A stretch of 39,575 bases of DNA, taken from positions 8,470,847 to 8,510,421 of the forward strand of contig NC_068990.1 of assembly GCF_001194135.2 (NCBI RefSeq). Direction: 5' to 3'. A program made the translations under genes and the position numbers. Origin of the DNA: Octopus bimaculoides (Eukaryota). Below the pieces are notes generated by a model. The model was not told where the DNA came from and ran no database searches. It saw nothing but the letters and a program-made list of their open reading frames with translations. Positions within the stretch are counted from its first letter, which is position 1. Every line of letters begins with the position of its first letter. Of the stretch, positions 36,868 to 39,575 are shown in pieces.

Positions 36868-38265
36868 CACAGAAAACTAAGCTAATGGCAACTTTTTAGA
36901 TAATAGATATAACATCGTGTTCAGGTATAAAGTATAAACAATGTTGAAATCATTACCTATGTATAAGAGTTTAAAAGTTTCATTTTATATGGTTATCAAT
37001 TTTGAGTCGTGTATGATTGTTAGTATATTTTAAAACCGAATTCACTAACATATCAAAGGTATAAATAATTTGGTATCTACAAGTTAAAAACTAATACACC
37101 TTGTAAAAGATCGTTATAATATAAATCTATTCACAATTGATTCCACAATTTCTTATTAATTCAAATGGCTATTGACAAGAAAACATCTTTATTAGCTTCA
37201 CTGTCACTCAGTATTTGATTATTTCTAATACAATCGATATGAGAATAATGCCTCATTCATGGATTTTATCCTAATTAAAGTAAAAGAATCGTGAATGAGA
37301 AAACGTCTGGTGCACATTTAACATGCCAGAAACAACAGCTAAATATTCCTTGAATTATTCGTTTGGGGCTACATTGAACGTGAAACAAAAGAAAATGAAA
37401 ATGTGTCGGGTAGAATTACTTTTGTTTTAGATCAAATTCACCAGAACACACAGTAGCAGCACTAATAACAAATAGAACTCTCTGTTTTCGTCTAAAGACT
37501 TTGTCTATAATTAACGTAAACATATTCTGCTAACCACGTGCATTTTTCACACATCAGTGTTCGGAAACATATGGCAAATCATCTATCAAAGATGAATGAT
37601 TATTTTGTGTGCAACATTATTTGTACACAAAGAAGGAAAATAGTTCATGAACGATAAAGTTTTTATAAAGAACAATATTGTTTTCTTTTCGTTTCTTTTG
37701 TCTTAGTCAATATCATTAAGGATAATAACAAGTATTAATTAAGGATATCAAGTGTCTGAATAAATGTCAATGACAGATCGTTTAAAATGTCAGTCACGTG
37801 ATGTTAATAGCAAGGAAAAACATTTCAAATCAAATAATTGAATAATATTATATAGTTGTTTCCGTTCTAAGTTCATAATCACGAGTGCATATAACTTTCC
37901 ACATATTGCATGATATTTAAATTAAAACAAGCAAGAAATATATATGTGCATGTGAGATGTAGATATATGTATTCAATGACGAATTAAAAGCAGTGTTATT
38001 GATGTAAACAGCATTGATCCCACATACTCAATATATGTGCTTTATTTGTTCGCCAGATTCGCTGCGTTATAGCGCTTGCGATGACTCTCTTATAACGTTT
38101 GTTGTTAAAACACGTGAAATGAAAGTCAAAGACATGAGACAAAGACATGAGACAAAAGAAGGAGTGATGTATACCGATATCTCACGATTTTTGTGAAAAA
38201 AATCACATACATGAATCGAACCGGGGACGAATGAAAAATCAGTCTATGTAAACATTATGAATCAC

Positions 38266-38385
38266 CAGCGGGAAGTTTAGACAGTGTCATGTGACAACTT
38301 GCTGGTGCTGCCTACTGGACCCTAGCAGCGGGAAATTTAGACAGTGTCACGTGACAACTAGCTGGGGCTGCCTGCTGGAGCCTAG
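38266..38385 (+). repeat. Two tandem 60-bp units
   Basis: 38266-38325 versus 38326-38385, six mismatches; each unit holds TGTCAYGTGACA. Confidence 0.95.
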
Positions 38386-38399
38386 CAGCAGATATAAAA
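38285..38399 (+). promoter_or_regulatory. Putative TE promoter: two E-boxes plus TATAAAA
   Basis: TGTCATGTGACA at 38285-38296, TGTCACGTGACA at 38345-38356, TATAAAA at 38393-38399. Function is inferred only. Confidence 0.35.
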
Positions 38400-38498
38400 A
38401 GGGGAACTTGACATGACGATCAGTCGGACGCTGACACTCGTTGATGCTGCATCGAAGAGGCCAGGGAATAGAAGAAAGAAGACATGCACCCAACACCA

Positions 38499-38581
38499 GA
38501 GCTGAAGACACCTCCGAAAGGAGGGGCCCCGCCACGTCAAAACGGTAGAGGAATAGGGGCCGAAACCGGACGTGGTTCCTC
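38499..38581 (+). ncRNA. Degenerate type-I hammerhead-ribozyme-like motif
   Basis: GAG-CTGAAGA...GGCCCC/GGGGCC-GAAA-CC..GGT-TC-CTC; non-canonical extra hairpin and one extra T. Confidence 0.3.
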
Positions 38582-38699
38582 CTGATGATGTCTTGAGCTA
38601 ACTGGATCCTATAAAGGAGCTGTTGTGGTAGCAGACCACGAAACCTGGTTGAAATTCCTTCCTTGATGACTTGCCACGACGAAATATCAATGGCGAAAT

Positions 38700-39192
38700 A
38701 TCAGTCTAAAATGGTTCCAGAATCTGGCACATGCGCCCCACGGAATGTCCCAGAGAAGATCTTGGAACACCTCCGTGATCTTGGGTGCCAGCTCATCCCA
38801 CACATAGTAATCCATAGGACTACAATCGTATGAGTTAGTAAGAAACTGGTGAACTCGTAGAAATTCTCCGACAATCAGTTTGAATAATTTCTGGAGGTAT
38901 AGCAAGGAGCCGAATCGCATTCCAGCAGCAATACTCTGCAGCCAGGGTTGGTCACAATCACCAGCAGCTTCACATAGCCGTCTGTATTGAGTCTAATGCT
39001 CTGTACATAGATACGAGGCGGCATAACGTCAACCTCACTGACGAAGGGGATGGCCTTCGGGCCATCACCTTCCTGATACTCACGGCTTTGCAGTCTCCGT
39101 TAGGACTATCCATATCTCAACTTACAGCCTTTACAGTGTTCACAGAGCATCGGGCAGAAGTTATGATGCTGGCACTTAGATACTCGTCGGGA
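38700..39192 (-). mobile_element. Tc1/mariner-superfamily DDxD transposase fragment (maT/DD37D-like), internally deleted
   Basis: SARCSVNTVKAV (HTH-like) joined to SEVDVMPPRIY..RLNTDGYVKLL..PWL; DSAPCYTS..LSENFYEFTS; DCSPMDYYVW; ACARFWNH. The two Asp codons (38914-38916 and 38810-38812) are 101 nt apart and out of frame, so the spacing class cannot be read directly. Confidence 0.8.
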
Positions 39193-39519
39193 AGGATCAT
39201 GATACAGTTATTGTTTTCCAATATTCAACTGGTTTCAGTCCTCCATGTATATATAAGCATAGTTCGATAGATACAATATACGAATATAGAGTTATATAGA
39301 TATATAAATGATGGTAATGAAATTCACAGAAAAATATATACACACAGATACAGGCACACTCATACATATATACATACATGGACACATAAATACGTATAGA
39401 GGCATACATAGTGATAAACCTACACATACAATATATAAATGCACATAGCACCACATATATACATGTATATGTATATATATAGACGCATACATATATAGAG
39501 AGACACATAAACACATAGA

Positions 39520-39528
39520 GACACATAC

Positions 39529-39575
<47 letters not shown>
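39520..39575. repeat. (CATA)n to (TA)n at the window end
   Basis: Direct reading. Confidence 0.95.

Noticed and set aside
37330-37410. LFVWGYIERET as a Tc1/mariner relic
   Set aside because: One short motif with no flanking support.

Overview
AT-rich, repeat-dense eukaryotic DNA from a draft scaffold with six N-gaps, each bordered by microsatellites or low-complexity repeat. It reads as intronic or intergenic sequence. I find no intact protein-coding gene, rRNA, tRNA gene or CRISPR array, and most long ORF-track entries are translations of microsatellites or N-runs. The tRNA-headed SINEs and (TA)/(CA)/(TACA)-rich background resemble octopus (coleoid cephalopod) genomic DNA; this is pattern recognition, not a database result. 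The recognisable content is decayed mobile elements: two RTE LINE pieces (one with three C-terminal C2H2 fingers), two L1/Tx1-like LINE relics, two R4/Dong-like RLE retrotransposons, two Tc1/mariner transposase fragments, a putative MITE, two tRNA-derived SINE families (11 copies or fragments) and Penelope-like terminal-repeat remnants. The most unusual signals are hammerhead-ribozyme-like cores behind a duplicated E-box and TATA module (38.27-38.70 kb), a second minimal hammerhead motif (28.67 kb), a 190-bp near-perfect palindrome centred on (TA)n, an inverted SINE cluster, and the triple zinc-finger RTE. All are degenerate or inferential. None demonstrates a new intact biological system.
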